From positions 1 to 45,073 of the forward strand of contig CAJNYD010000431.1 of assembly GCA_905331295.1 (NCBI GenBank): 45,073 bases of DNA, read 5' to 3'. This stretch comes from Rotaria socialis. Lineage: Eukaryota. Position numbers and translations under genes: made by a program. The notes below the pieces were generated by a model. The model was not told where the DNA came from, did no database searches, and saw only the letters and a program-made list of their open reading frames with translations. Positions 11,301 to 22,897 of this stretch are shown here, one piece after another (within the stretch, counting starts at the first letter, position 1; each line of letters opens with the position of its first letter).

Positions 11301-11826
11301 TAATCCTGGGCAAGATGATGCTACAGGACAAGCAAGAACTTTGTTGGATATGACATTAAATTCGGCGAGTCTATTTATTGTTGTAACAACATTAACAGAT
11401 GTTAATCAAAGTCACACGATTCAATTAATCGATAGACTTTTACGAGAAACACAAATTAATATTCTCATTTTAATTAATCAAATCGATATTCGACTATTTG
11501 AAGAAAGGGGTTTCGATTGGGAAAACGATGAAGAAACTGTTGCTCATACAAAAATCGAAACAAGTTCAAGTTTTAGTGCATTCGATACGCTCAAAATATT
11601 GATTGAACGTCAAATAAATGAATTAACAAGTGATCAAGCTCAAATCTCGAATCGTGTTACCATTGAACCGATTATTTTAAAAAATTTGAAACCTGGAAAA
11701 GAGTCAGACTTATTAAGAGAATTTAGTCGAATTGAAGAACACTTTCGTTCTCAAGTATCGAAATCAAATGTTAAAACATGGATAATAGAAAATCTTACAC
11801 AATCTAGCAACTTGTTTTTTCAGTAG
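8333..11826 (+). pseudogene. Lipase class 3 (EDS1/PAD4-like) fused to helical linker and C-terminal P-loop GTPase; disrupted
   Basis: ORFs 8333, 9038 and 9923 share one frame, broken by TGA 8795, TGA 8987 and TAA 9890. Lipase motifs: VFRAT, IHAGF, GHSLGG (8828-8845), CVTF[R]TP, DAIFRL, NHGCY. After a +1 frame change near 10720-10745 come GTPase motifs VVITGKST (shortened G1), T (G2), DNPG (G3) and NQID (G4). Confidence 0.8.
10277..10721. other. Probable assembly artefact: 222-bp exact direct duplication separated by a single N
   Basis: 10277-10498 equals 10500-10721 with N at 10499. The paralogous copy at 16.4-18.2 kb has the segment only once. Confidence 0.88.
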
Positions 11827-11905
11827 TCTTTATTTTCTCAAAAAATAACAGCTCAATAATATAAACAAGATTAAAAATCAAAATAGTTCGTGATTCTTAC
11901 TATAA

Positions 11906-11967
11906 TAAAGGTGTGGGTGTTGGTGCGGATTACACGAAAGAGACCAATGCCCACGCCCACACCCTTA
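11906..11967. repeat. GT-rich/CA-rich imperfect hairpin
   Basis: TAAAGGTGTGGGTGTTGG (11906-11923) pairs 15/18 with CCCACGCCCACACCCTTA (11950-11967). Confidence 0.7.
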
Positions 11968-12538
11968 GAATGCATATTTTTGAGAATATTTATCGATTGT
12001 TATGAGTTTTTTGTTGTTTATCATAATATATTTATCTAACCACTATCGTTTAGTTTTAAATAGTTTGTTTCTGTGTGAAACATAAAATGGACTGTTGATA
12101 TTTGAAGTCAAGTCGTTAAATATAGGATAACCATTGGTAGGATTAAATTGAATAAATTTTTAAAGTGGAACCGCGAAAACATCTATGTAAACCGTATGCA
12201 TACGATACAGGCATCTCTAAGTGACTTAAAAATCATGTTTATGCACATGACGTACGTGAAAGAGATGCGTCTCCATTTTCATTGGCGATTTATATGCTTA
12301 GTAAAAATGCGACATCGACAGTGCTACTGTTTTGGGATTGGACATTTTTGTTTGGTTGTATGATTCAATCTATCTCTCACAAAGAACAAGATCTAATTCT
12401 AGTTAAATTAAGAAAAAAGAAGGCAACCAAATTATACAGTATAATTTGTGGGCATTTGCATCTGACTCTTTTCTATAGTCAACTTTGTATGGATGGCAAT
12501 ATCTTATGTTTTATCTTCCATTCTAAATGTCAATCGAA

Positions 12539-13556
12539 ATGGATAATTTCGATCTAATCAAGATTCAGAAGGACGGTGGGGTGCTCATTACCTTCCGTTT
12601 TCAAGACAGCAACAGCGTTGATGATATTGATTTTGCTCTTCGAAATGTATTATCCATTCAAAAGAATCTCAGCTATTCCTTAAGTTATAAGAATAAAGAT
12701 ACTGGTCAAGACATTTACATTGTGGCCAATGGAAGCATGCTACGTCAATGTCTCAAAGAAAATATTAATCAATTGGATTTATTTGTGACTCCACGAACTC
12801 CTGCTTCATGTAAGCCAGAATTCCAAAATGTTTGGATTTTAATACGAGGTCTTATGATGATGAACGTGGAATGAAACCCTTTTTTTGATATTAATCGACA
12901 GTCTCTGTTCGATCAATTAATCTCTGGGATAGTTTCATGCAGCCTATATCTATACATAGACAATCTAGTGCGATATGTTATACAACTAGGTACTTGAATA
13001 CATTCTGAAGAGTAAGATTTGTTCAAGTTGATCTCAATCTTGGATATTTGCAAGCAGAGTTTAGAATAAATTTTCGAAGTACTTTTTGATTGGATTTATC
13101 AAAATATGAGAATGTCTCTTTAGTTGATATTGAGTCTTTTTTGTTGAAATAACTTGATTCTCTTAGCATGCTAGCATGAAAATTAATAAGTACTGTTCTT
13201 TTCCCATTTCTAACAGCGAACAGTAAAAAAAATGAAAAATTTGATTTTATTCTTTTGTAGCTAGATTTGCTCCTCACGAAAGTGCTTCTTTTTACAAATA
13301 AGAAACATACGGTTTTGTTTCTTGACATAAAAATTCAATTATATTGTCTCATGAATTTTCATTAGTTCAAATATTCTATGCTAATCTATATTGTGAGAAT
13401 AACCTCAAGAATTTTATTACATTATCCTTGCTCCTTTTAGTGTCATCATCGCCATCCAATAGCAATAGTCAAGAACGCGACAATCTAGTACAACGATGGC
13501 CTGAACTGATGAAAAATATTGATCGTCGAATTCAGCGTTGGACAAGTCGTTCAGGT
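12539..13556 (+). pseudogene. PB1/ubiquitin-like domain gene, apparently frameshifted (exons ~12539-12989 and 13441-13556)
   Basis: MDNFDLIKIQKDGG...FRF...YSLSYKNKDTGQDIYI...LDLFV resembles a PB1 beta-grasp. Coding-like sequence continues only after two frame changes to donor GTACTT at 12990. Acceptor CTTTTAG at 13440 is phase-compatible. Confidence 0.45.
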
Positions 13557-16305
13557 CAGTAAGATAAAAGAGAAAATACTATCGATTTGAGCAACAGAAA
13601 ATGTCACTACAGAAGAAGATGAAGGTGACAGTTAAAGTTATTCCAATAAGGTATTTACATTACTCATTAAAAACAGAAGGACACATAAACAAGCCGAAGA
13701 GAAATAATACTTTAGATATGGAAAATAATCTCGAAAAAAATCGATCGATACTGGCCGCAGGCTTCTAGTTAATGTTGTCATTGTTCCGTAAGAATTTTCT
13801 TGAACCATTGTATATTCGCTAGTTTACTACTATGTTTAAACTAAACAAGCCGAGCCGTGCATTACTATTAACACGAGATTTCATCAATAGATTTTTCATT
13901 TGAAGCCTGTCTAGAATGCCTCCATAGAGCACAGGATAATTCCAGTTTTACATTAGCCCCAATATTCGGATAGTTTTCACTTTTATTGAAAAATTTGATT
14001 TGAATTTTCCTTCGACTCAAAATGCAGAGTAAACTTTGACAATTACATGTTTCTTCTCAAATGAACAAATGTGTTGTTTTATGAAAACCTCGTTTTTTAA
14101 AGTTCTTTTTTTTGAATGAAGACGGACTGATGTGTAAAAACAATTCGCACAAAGTATAGTTCTAGACTTTGTAGTGCTGATACACATAGTATTGTACACA
14201 TGTTTGTCTCGTTGAAATTAGTCTATTGACGCTTTCTTTCTAGATAACACAGTGGGCAAAAATGTTAATGGCAGCTATGAATACTTGCTGGAGACAAACT
14301 TTGCTTCTTCGTCTTGGTTTCCCGATCTAGTAGGCAGAGTATGGTACTGGATCACCAACAAAAAGCCAATATATACCTCGGTTCGACATAAAACTGACTA
14401 GACAATATGGTTGAATATCGTTTGTTGTTGTTGTGTTCGTAGTAGTAATGATTATACGATGGTCTCTGGTTGATATTTGCTTGCTTGTTTATTCGTGTTT
14501 CGTTGTTTTTTCTATACTATTAAGTATCTTGCTGTTCTCCGTTCTGTAATAATGGTCAATCTCACTAATAAAATTCGCCCATTTGTTTGATGAAGGCTAT
14601 TTCTCGTGAAAGAAAAACTTTCGACTAATGAATTCGATATAGATCTTATCCAGTCGAACATATTAAATAATATTCACAAGAAAGGTAACATTCTGCATGT
14701 ATTGACTCAGGATAGATTCATCTGTGAACTCTAAATCGAAATAGGGTTGAGTACATGATTGCCGACAACAACATGATTCGAACTGGCGTAGGAAGATACC
14801 GCAGTTTTCATGTCTTTTCGACGATTTTATGTTAGACCATCAGCACACTGACCGTTCTGCTTATCTTTACACTCGAGAAGAAACGACATCGACTTTCCTC
14901 GCTATTGAAAACAATAGAAGCAAAGCCTATATTATGCTCATGGAAAGCTTCAATAAACTAGACTTCTAAGATGTTTCTTAAACGCCTGGCTCGTAGTCGA
15001 CGACGATCGACCATATTCAGGCACAAATTGCTGCAATACTTCTACTGTGGTGAGGTTTTCTTTTATCAATAACCAGAATCCCTCATTGTTCCCGTTCAGA
15101 ATTTCATTTTCTAGCAGAAAAACAAATCGAGATATTGTACCATTCTTATCTCATGGAAATATGCCAAACTATGTGGTTATTTAGTAGCTTGACGCTTTTT
15201 TTTCGTGAAAACCTTATTCATGGATAATCTTCGCTTTCGTAGTACTTTAATCTTTATACTACTTCTTTACGTAGCTAATCTGTAAGTCGTCATTTTTCTC
15301 CAGTTAGAACCATATTTATTCGCTTTAATTTGATTTTAGATTTACTAGCTTTGGTTCTGATATTTTGTCAGGCAAGATTGTGGCTAGCAGCAGTCCAACT
15401 ATCTTCACCAACGTCACCTCCATTGAAATTCTACTCGAAGGGTTATTTAATTCGATGACCAACAACATCTCTCTGAGAAATTCTACTACATGAACTCAGT
15501 CTTTTTTATTATTATATCGTTTTCAGTGTTTCTCTTGTCTTCGTATCAAGTTTTTACTCTTTTTAAGTCAATTATACTGTGATCTATATTTTATTCGATA
15601 GTATCAAATACATGTCAGATGATCTCCGTCTTACTTTTATTCAATATATTACAATTAGTTTAATCTTGTTTTTCAATCAATTATATCACCGCCGGGCTAT
15701 TATCTTATTCATAAGTCACAATGTATCCATTTAAAACGAACACTGTCGATATTCTATCTCTTTTGTTAATGAAACTACTATTGTGTCAGTATTGGATATA
15801 TTTGAGTTCAGTGAGATATTGATTAAATGTTACTGATATCTTAGGTGGCGAAGCTATTAGGCTTGCGAGATTCAAGCCTATCCCAAAAACAGAGGAAGAT
15901 AGACTCAAATTAGGACAGATTCAGGCTTGGGTAGACGTGGTTACATGTAAAAGTTTTCTAGTATTGTTCTGTTCTCAAGTTCTTGTGATAGCTGACGTAT
16001 TTTTAGAAAGGCTAGTCCATATTTTCTCTACTATCAACTCAATGCTCAATGAGGTATTGATTGGAGTTCATTGGTATCTTTATCGACGTCGAATTTTTGG
16101 TTCTTAATATAAGACAGTGAAATTATTTTCCGTACACTTCTATTCGAATTGATTTATGAATTTTATATATCGAAGTACCATTATTCCTTCTATATATACC
16201 AATACCAGGGAAGCAAAGTCAGATTATGTTTTCTTATGTGCTAAAAAAAACAAAAGAACAAGCAAGTATTGATGAAAAGCCATATTTTATCGGAATTTTA
16301 TTTAT

Positions 16306-16345
16306 GGAAGTGGCTATATACACCCAAGTGTACATAGCCACTTCC
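16306..16345. repeat. 18-bp-stem palindrome/hairpin
   Basis: GGAAGTGGCTATATACAC-CCAA-GTGTACATAGCCACTTCC, one mismatch. Confidence 0.9.
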
Positions 16346-16375
16346 TTTATTTATATGCAGTAGATTGTTATCATA

Positions 16376-18248
16376 TATGTCACAGATCAACAGAGTCAAA
16401 CAAGTTTATCAAAGGCTATTCAACATTTTTCATTCGTGTTATTTTAAATTCATGTGACCTGCAAGTTGCTGTTTTATCATGAATTAGTGTTGGACGCGTG
16501 TTCCGCTGATCAATGCAATGATACACCATTGGCGCGATGCTTTTCGACATTTTTTGACGCATTCAAATTGATTGGCAATGACCAATGTGATGAGATATTA
16601 GCGACATATTTGACTGAAATTCAAAGCTGTAATTATTTCGATGATACAGAAAAATATTTAGAAAATCTTGAAATACCACAGTCAGTCGGTGAAGTTTATG
16701 AATACTTTAAAAATGAATTAATCTCGTTAAAAAAAACTTTCACAGATTTACGACATGGTTCTGATGAAAAGCGCAAAACTGCAACATATTTATATCAATC
16801 ACTATGTAACACAATAATAATTCACTTTTATGAATCAAAACTCGAAAAATTTCCAGTCGAACTAGATATCAATGCTCCATCATGGATTTTCTCGCCATTT
16901 GAAAATAAAATCGACTTTGAATCTTTCATGATTCCAGATATGTCGCATGAACTATTCATACCGTTAGATTTAGAACTTTCTCGTCTTCGTAAATATTTAC
17001 AAGAACTACACAAAAATGGCATCATTCTTTTTTCTTCGAATCAAATTAAATCGTTTGATGGTTGTTTTCAAAAATTATTCATGGTTCAAACAATCGCTTA
17101 AAAATTGTCAACAATCTCTATTTGAGTTTCAAGATAATACACGTTTATGCTATTATTCGTCAGATGATCCAAGTAGAATGTCTCACAATCAAGTCAGACA
17201 AACGCTAATGGGTGTTTCATCATCGTTACTAATATCAGCCGGTGAAAATCTAGATGAAAATGAAAACGAATGGCAAATTCTAATGCGGATATCCGGATGT
17301 CAATGGATCCATGAAATAACCAAGGTTAAAACACTACAAGAACGCGATACTCTCTGGAATCGAATATTTACTAGCGAACCATTGAAAAATGTACCAGAAG
17401 ATCACCGTTGGAATTGGATTGGGATAATGCGGCTTTGTTCCCATTTGAGTTTAATGCGTGATATCTTACTGAGAAAACCACCAAAAGTTGTTATCACAGG
17501 TAAATCAACTCTATTTACATATTTAGCTGGAAGAAATTTGGAAGAATTACGTAGCATTGACGCATTTAATACTCGAATGTCGCTGCAATGTCCTGCGTTG
17601 ATTCACTTTAATGATGAATCAATATTGACAATTGATATTGTTGATAATCCTGGGCAAGATGATGCTACAGGACAAGCAAGAACTTTGTTGGATATGACAT
17701 TAAATTCGGCGAGTCTATTTATTGTTGTAACAACATTAACAGATGTTAATCAAAGTCACACGATTCAATTAATCGATAGACTTTTACGAGAAACACAAAT
17801 TAATATTCTCATTTTAATTAATCAAATCGATATTCGACTATTTGAAGAAAGGGGTTTCGATTGGGAAAACGATGAAGAAACTGTTGCTCATACAAAAATC
17901 GAAACAAGTTCAAGTTTTAGTGCATTCGATACGCTCAAAATATTGATTGAACGTCCAATAAATGAATTAACAAGTGATCAAGCTCAAATCTCGAATCGTG
18001 TTACCATTGAACCGATTATTTTAAAAAAATTGAAACCTGGAAAAGAGTCAGACTTATTAAGAGAATTTAGTCGAATCGAAGAACACTTTCGTTCTCAAGT
18101 ATCGAAATCAAATGTTAAAACATGGATAATAGAAAATCTTACAGAATCTAGCAACTTGTTTTTTCAGTAGTCTTTATTTTCTCAAAAAATAACAGCTCAA
18201 TAATATAAACAAGATTAGAAATCAAAATAGTTCGTGATTCTTATTATA
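16376..18248 (+). pseudogene. 5'-truncated duplicate of the lipase-GTPase gene (linker plus GTPase part and 3' flank)
   Basis: Matches 9732 to ~11904. The 384-aa ORF 17016-18170 differs from 10672-11826 at only 3 residues. It has the same frame change and shortened P-loop, lacks the lipase domain and has a ~70-bp deletion near its 5' end. Confidence 0.88.
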
Positions 18249-18964
18249 GACAATCATAAATTCCATCTCACATATAATTACGCCGCCAAATTGGTTGCAG
18301 CTATTTTCAAAGAGGAATTTAGTTAGACCAATGAATACGATGAATCAGAAATGAAAAAAAAATGTTGTGTACAGGATTTGAGTATAAGTGCTGAGTGCCA
18401 TATGGGAAGCAAATGGGACAAATTATTGCTTCTCTTTTATTGGTTGCACTTACCTTACATTCAGGTAGCTGAGAATTAGATGAACTATTAGTTTTTGGGT
18501 TGATCTTTCCTTCTCATGTGAATGAGAAATACGATATTCAAGATGGTTTAGAGACAAAAAATCTATTTTATCGACCAGAATGATCATTGAACACGAACAG
18601 AATATTTCTGGAGAAAATTCTCGTCTGTTATCTCTAGAGTCGTTCTCATTGCGAGACACTACACAGTAGCAAAACGCCGTAGAGAAAGACGTAAAAAATA
18701 AAAAAAGGTTGCATACGAACCCCTCTTCTTTCAAATGTTGAGCAATCGTAATTTATGACACTCATGCTCAAAACGGTATTATTCATTGATGTGCTCATCA
18801 GTTTTATACAATTTTGTTTTGTTCTTTACCATTTAAATCTCTATCATGATGAATAGGATAGAAAAATAACTTCATGCGAGACTAATGTAAAAGACCGCTG
18901 AAAACAATTTTCATAAGAAACATGTTTTAGACAATAATCAATATATTGTTTCATATTTAGATAT

Positions 18965-19567
18965 TTATTGAGAAAATTTTACACATTTTTTCAAAATACA
19001 AAATTCTAAATCCTGAACTTTTGGTATACCCGATCGCTCATCGCCCTTTGGAAACGGTTCGCGCCGACCCGTATCAATGTAGCCACGTCGATTGTAATAC
19101 GCTACTAATTCGGGTCTTTGCATAATTGCTGCCATTTTCACAAATGCAACATCCCAAGTGTCTCGAACGTAGTTTTCTGCTATTGATAGAATAAATTTTC
19201 CATAGCCCCGCCCTTGTAGATCTGGTCTAACAGTCAGCATCCCTAATGAAGCGCTTCGTTCGACTGGTTCATGTCGTAAGTGAACACATCCGACCAGAAC
19301 ATTTTCGCTTTCTTCGAAGAAAAGTAATATGACATTTATTTTATCATTAATTATATCAATTAGTTTGCTCGGATGTGTTCGCAGGCCTCCGACTAATGCT
19401 TCTTCAGTGGTCCAACCTTGGCGTGATGATTCACCACGATAACCACTGTTTACTAATGTTGATACAGCTTCACAGTCTGCCAATGTAGCTGTGCGATATG
19501 ACAACAGCGACTTGAGGGGTTCTTCAGTATCCGATTGAATCAATGCCGACGGAGTCGAACTACTCAT
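18965..19567 (-). CDS. GNAT-family N-acetyltransferase of bacterial/fungal type, intronless
   Basis: Motifs VNSGYRG..GWTTE, LGMLTVRPDLQGRGYGKFIL (acetyl-CoA motif A) and LVAYYNRRGY..TG..EPFP. First ATG is at 19567. Confidence 0.9.
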   Translation of the reverse strand: MSSSTPSALIQSDTEEPLKSLLSYRTATLADCEAVSTLVNSGYRGESSRQGWTTEEALVGGLRTHPSKLIDIINDKINVILLFFEESENVLVGCVHLRHEPVERSASLGMLTVRPDLQGRGYGKFILSIAENYVRDTWDVAFVKMAAIMQRPELVAYYNRRGYIDTGRREPFPKGDERSGIPKVQDLEFCILKKCVKFSQ

Positions 19568-20078
19568 CTTGTTCAAGATTATTGACGAAAAAGCTTGCTA
19601 CAATAAAGCCGATCGATATGTGGACGCTGCAAGCAAAACAATTTCTTGAAAGGCCGTTTCTTTACTAAGCCAGATAACACTTGAAGAAAAACAATAAAAT
19701 ATTGTGGCACTGATAGCATACAAAACGACGATGTAAAATAAACTGGCTAGATAAGGAGAAAGACAACGACATTTAAGCACATGGCTGCAAACAATAAAAA
19801 TCGATGCTTCTAACATTGTTTTTAAATGTAATATGTTGTGCGTAGTGACAGGCATTGAAAATGAATACCATTCAAATCTATCAAGCTTCATTTACATCCA
19901 GATAGGCACACACTATTTCACCAGAAATTAAACCATCGTTTCGAATATCGTGCGGAAAATCAATTTTTTCTGTTAAACTATGCTAAATTTATTTCTATTT
20001 AAGCAAAAAAAAAGAAACAAAAAAAGTACATGGTAGTATCAATAGGGTCATTGCTTTCAGTATTGTTGAAAGTTCACT

Positions 20079-21411
20079 TTAATCATTACGTTTGGATTCA
20101 TTCTTTGCGATCGTTAATGGAATCGTTGCTTGAACGTCAAATTCCTCTTTTCTATCGACATAGATAAGTTCTGATCCGAATGAACCACGGACATCAAGGG
20201 CATTTGGTACGCAACAGATATCACAATTCCATATTCTGAAAATCCAGAGATAGCAAGCAGTGCCAGAGAATGTTCTGATTTGAGCAATATTTTGTAGATT
20301 TATAGTTGAATCAATATGCGGATGATCACAACAACAGCCACAAAGACAGCCGAGCCATGAACACGCTTCACTGCGAGAGAGCAATCGTGAATCAGTGAGA
20401 GTGATGGCATGTCTACCAAAGCAATTACTATTACAACATCGGGCCACGTCCCATTGTTTCACGAATTTCTCACCAGGTAACATCTTGAATGTATTCAAAA
20501 TACCCGCATTCGTGGGTTGAGCGGTAACGTGCCTATAATAGAGAATAAATTCAGTACGGGCATTTTAATTTGACAATTTCAATCCCTCCTAAAAATATTC
20601 AATCGAAAACACACCAGAAAAAAACAATACAAACGTGAAACGTAGGAACAATGGTGTTTCTATGTTTCTTATCAATATTGCGTATGACAGAATTGTTCAG
20701 AAAATCACCCATACGTTTTATTTTGCCAGAACAATAGTCAGAAAAAAACAACCGTTGGAATGCAGTCAAAATTAATGGAGTTCTAAAGTTCTTTTTGGAA
20801 ATATTGCTCTTTACTCAAAATTTTCTCGGCCATATTAACCGAAATGAGCTTCTTACATTGGCAAATGAAGAAAATATTTCTTTTCGTCAACAAGAGTCTA
20901 GCATAGAGAAGACCGCATTGATATTGACAGACATTTCAGCCCCTTAAAATAATGTTCTAATAGTTACACGATGCTATACAAATGCCACGCGAATTGTGAG
21001 CATCCCTAATTTTCTTAAGGCTTCTAATTGTGTACATATATGTAGAAATTCGATCGTGAAAGAAAGCACATTGTCTTCAGAAAATGTAGATTACGAAAGG
21101 GAAAACTACACTCAGTCGACTTTAGAAAGTGCAACGTTCCTATCAAGCATCGTGGATGGGATGACAAATTCACTGAAGTTACTTCTACACATTGATTACA
21201 TAGAGGTAGATCAAGTATATCCAGTAAAAATCACAATTTTTGTTTTTATTGTGTTATTGGCTAGTCGTAAAGTAGTACACGCTGAAATTTAAATTCGCTA
21301 CGATACTGGTGAAAAAATGATTAGCCAATCATAGTGAGGAATTAAGAAAAAGTCTACTTACATGGATTCTTCATGATTTGTTGACTCTGCAAATACTTTG
21401 GTTGCATTCAT
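20079..21411 (-). CDS. Small Cys-rich protein, possible PH-like fold (exons 21411-21362, 20532-20079)
   Basis: Exon MNATKVFAESTNHEES-AT|GTAAG joins in phase 2 to acceptor TATAG|G at 20532. Pattern LPGE...ITLTDSRL...I.L..I, with Cys clusters (CC, CLCGCCC, CDICC). Confidence 0.7.
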
Positions 21412-22897
21412 TGTTCAATGGTATGATCGTGATTTCTGTAAAAATAAAATTAATCTACAAAGATAGTCAAGTAGACACGATCCAATATTCGTATCGACTA
21501 TATGTGATGAAAAATCTGGAATCACTCATTTGCATTGGACAAGAATGTTCATAAGTCATTGATCGTAAGAACTTACCATTAGATTCGTATTTTCTTGCTA
21601 GGAAAACCATCGCCCATAACAAATCCTAACGAATTTTAGTTCTACAGGACGATAGTCAACTCTATATATGATGACCTCTTGTTCTGAGAAATTAGCTTTA
21701 TATTACTGATAGTTCTTTTTTTTTGACAACACTCGAATTGATACTCATGTTCTCATAAGAGAAGTTTCAAACTACTATATTTTTAAGATTTCGCGGAGTG
21801 ATCATACAGTATGACTGTTTCACGTTTAAATAGTTTGAAATTGAAACAGCCTTATCAGAAGTTAATAAAACGGCAAAATGAACGAAATAATAAAACTAGC
21901 AGATAGACATATGAAGGACATGGTCACAAACAATAAAAAACATAAATCAGATAAGATGGATGTATCCTATTCAAGGGCATAGGATATTAAAACGTCTAAA
22001 ATTTGCCCATAAATTCGTAACTACAAGACCACAAGGAATACTAAATAAAATATAAAAGATTATAAAATTCCTATGAAAATCTTTCTTTTTAATTTTCTTC
22101 GTAAAAGTCGTAATATTCCCTGTGGACCAATTTGAAAATCGACAAGCAAATGGAAACAAACATTTTTTACAAATACTGACCACATCATCAATCTGATGAT
22201 TCGCAACTTACCATTATTGTGCAAACGCTTCGTGTTGGTAATAAGGACATGTTACATCATTGATTAAGTATGTGCCTGAAGAGTTGATCGGATACAACAC
22301 TCCCACTCCGATATCAGCTGAGAAAGATTTTTATGTCATGAATGCTCGATCAGTATTCAGTAAAACAGGTTGCCGGTTTAGATGTCAGAAGGACAAGGCT
22401 CAAAGCTACGCACCTGACCTCGATATTCACTCTAATAATCTTCGGATCAATCACTCATGGAGCCAACAGCCAAATATTGTGTAAACCGAAATACTGAAAT
22501 TATATTTTGATATCAATGGAAATTAGACGAGCGCATATTTTTATTTACATCTTTTGTACAAGAAGGAACCCACTTTTTGACGCAAATTTAACGAGATTTG
22601 CTTATTTTTGAAGAATTTACATTTTAACTTCAATTGAAATTTTTACAATTGATTTGACTTTGGGCTGATAGGTAGAGATTATTTCAAAAGTAAAACTAGC
22701 CGTTAACAAGAACGAAGAATTTTCTATTGACGGAGAAAAATAGTTGATAATTCTGCTTTTCAAGAAAAAAATTCTTTTTTGATTTTGTTTTAGTAACAAT
22801 AATTTATTCTATAACGAAAGAAAAAAAATGATACTGGCTCATATGAAAAACCGAGTTGAATCGATATTCCCGAGAAACAAAATAATATGATCATTAT

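Noticed and set aside
22190..22330. CTGATGA / CTGAAGA motifs with downstream stems, suggesting hammerhead ribozymes of Penelope-like elements
   Set aside because: The GAAA core is not correctly placed after stem II and I could not build stems I and III. An Infernal search would be needed.
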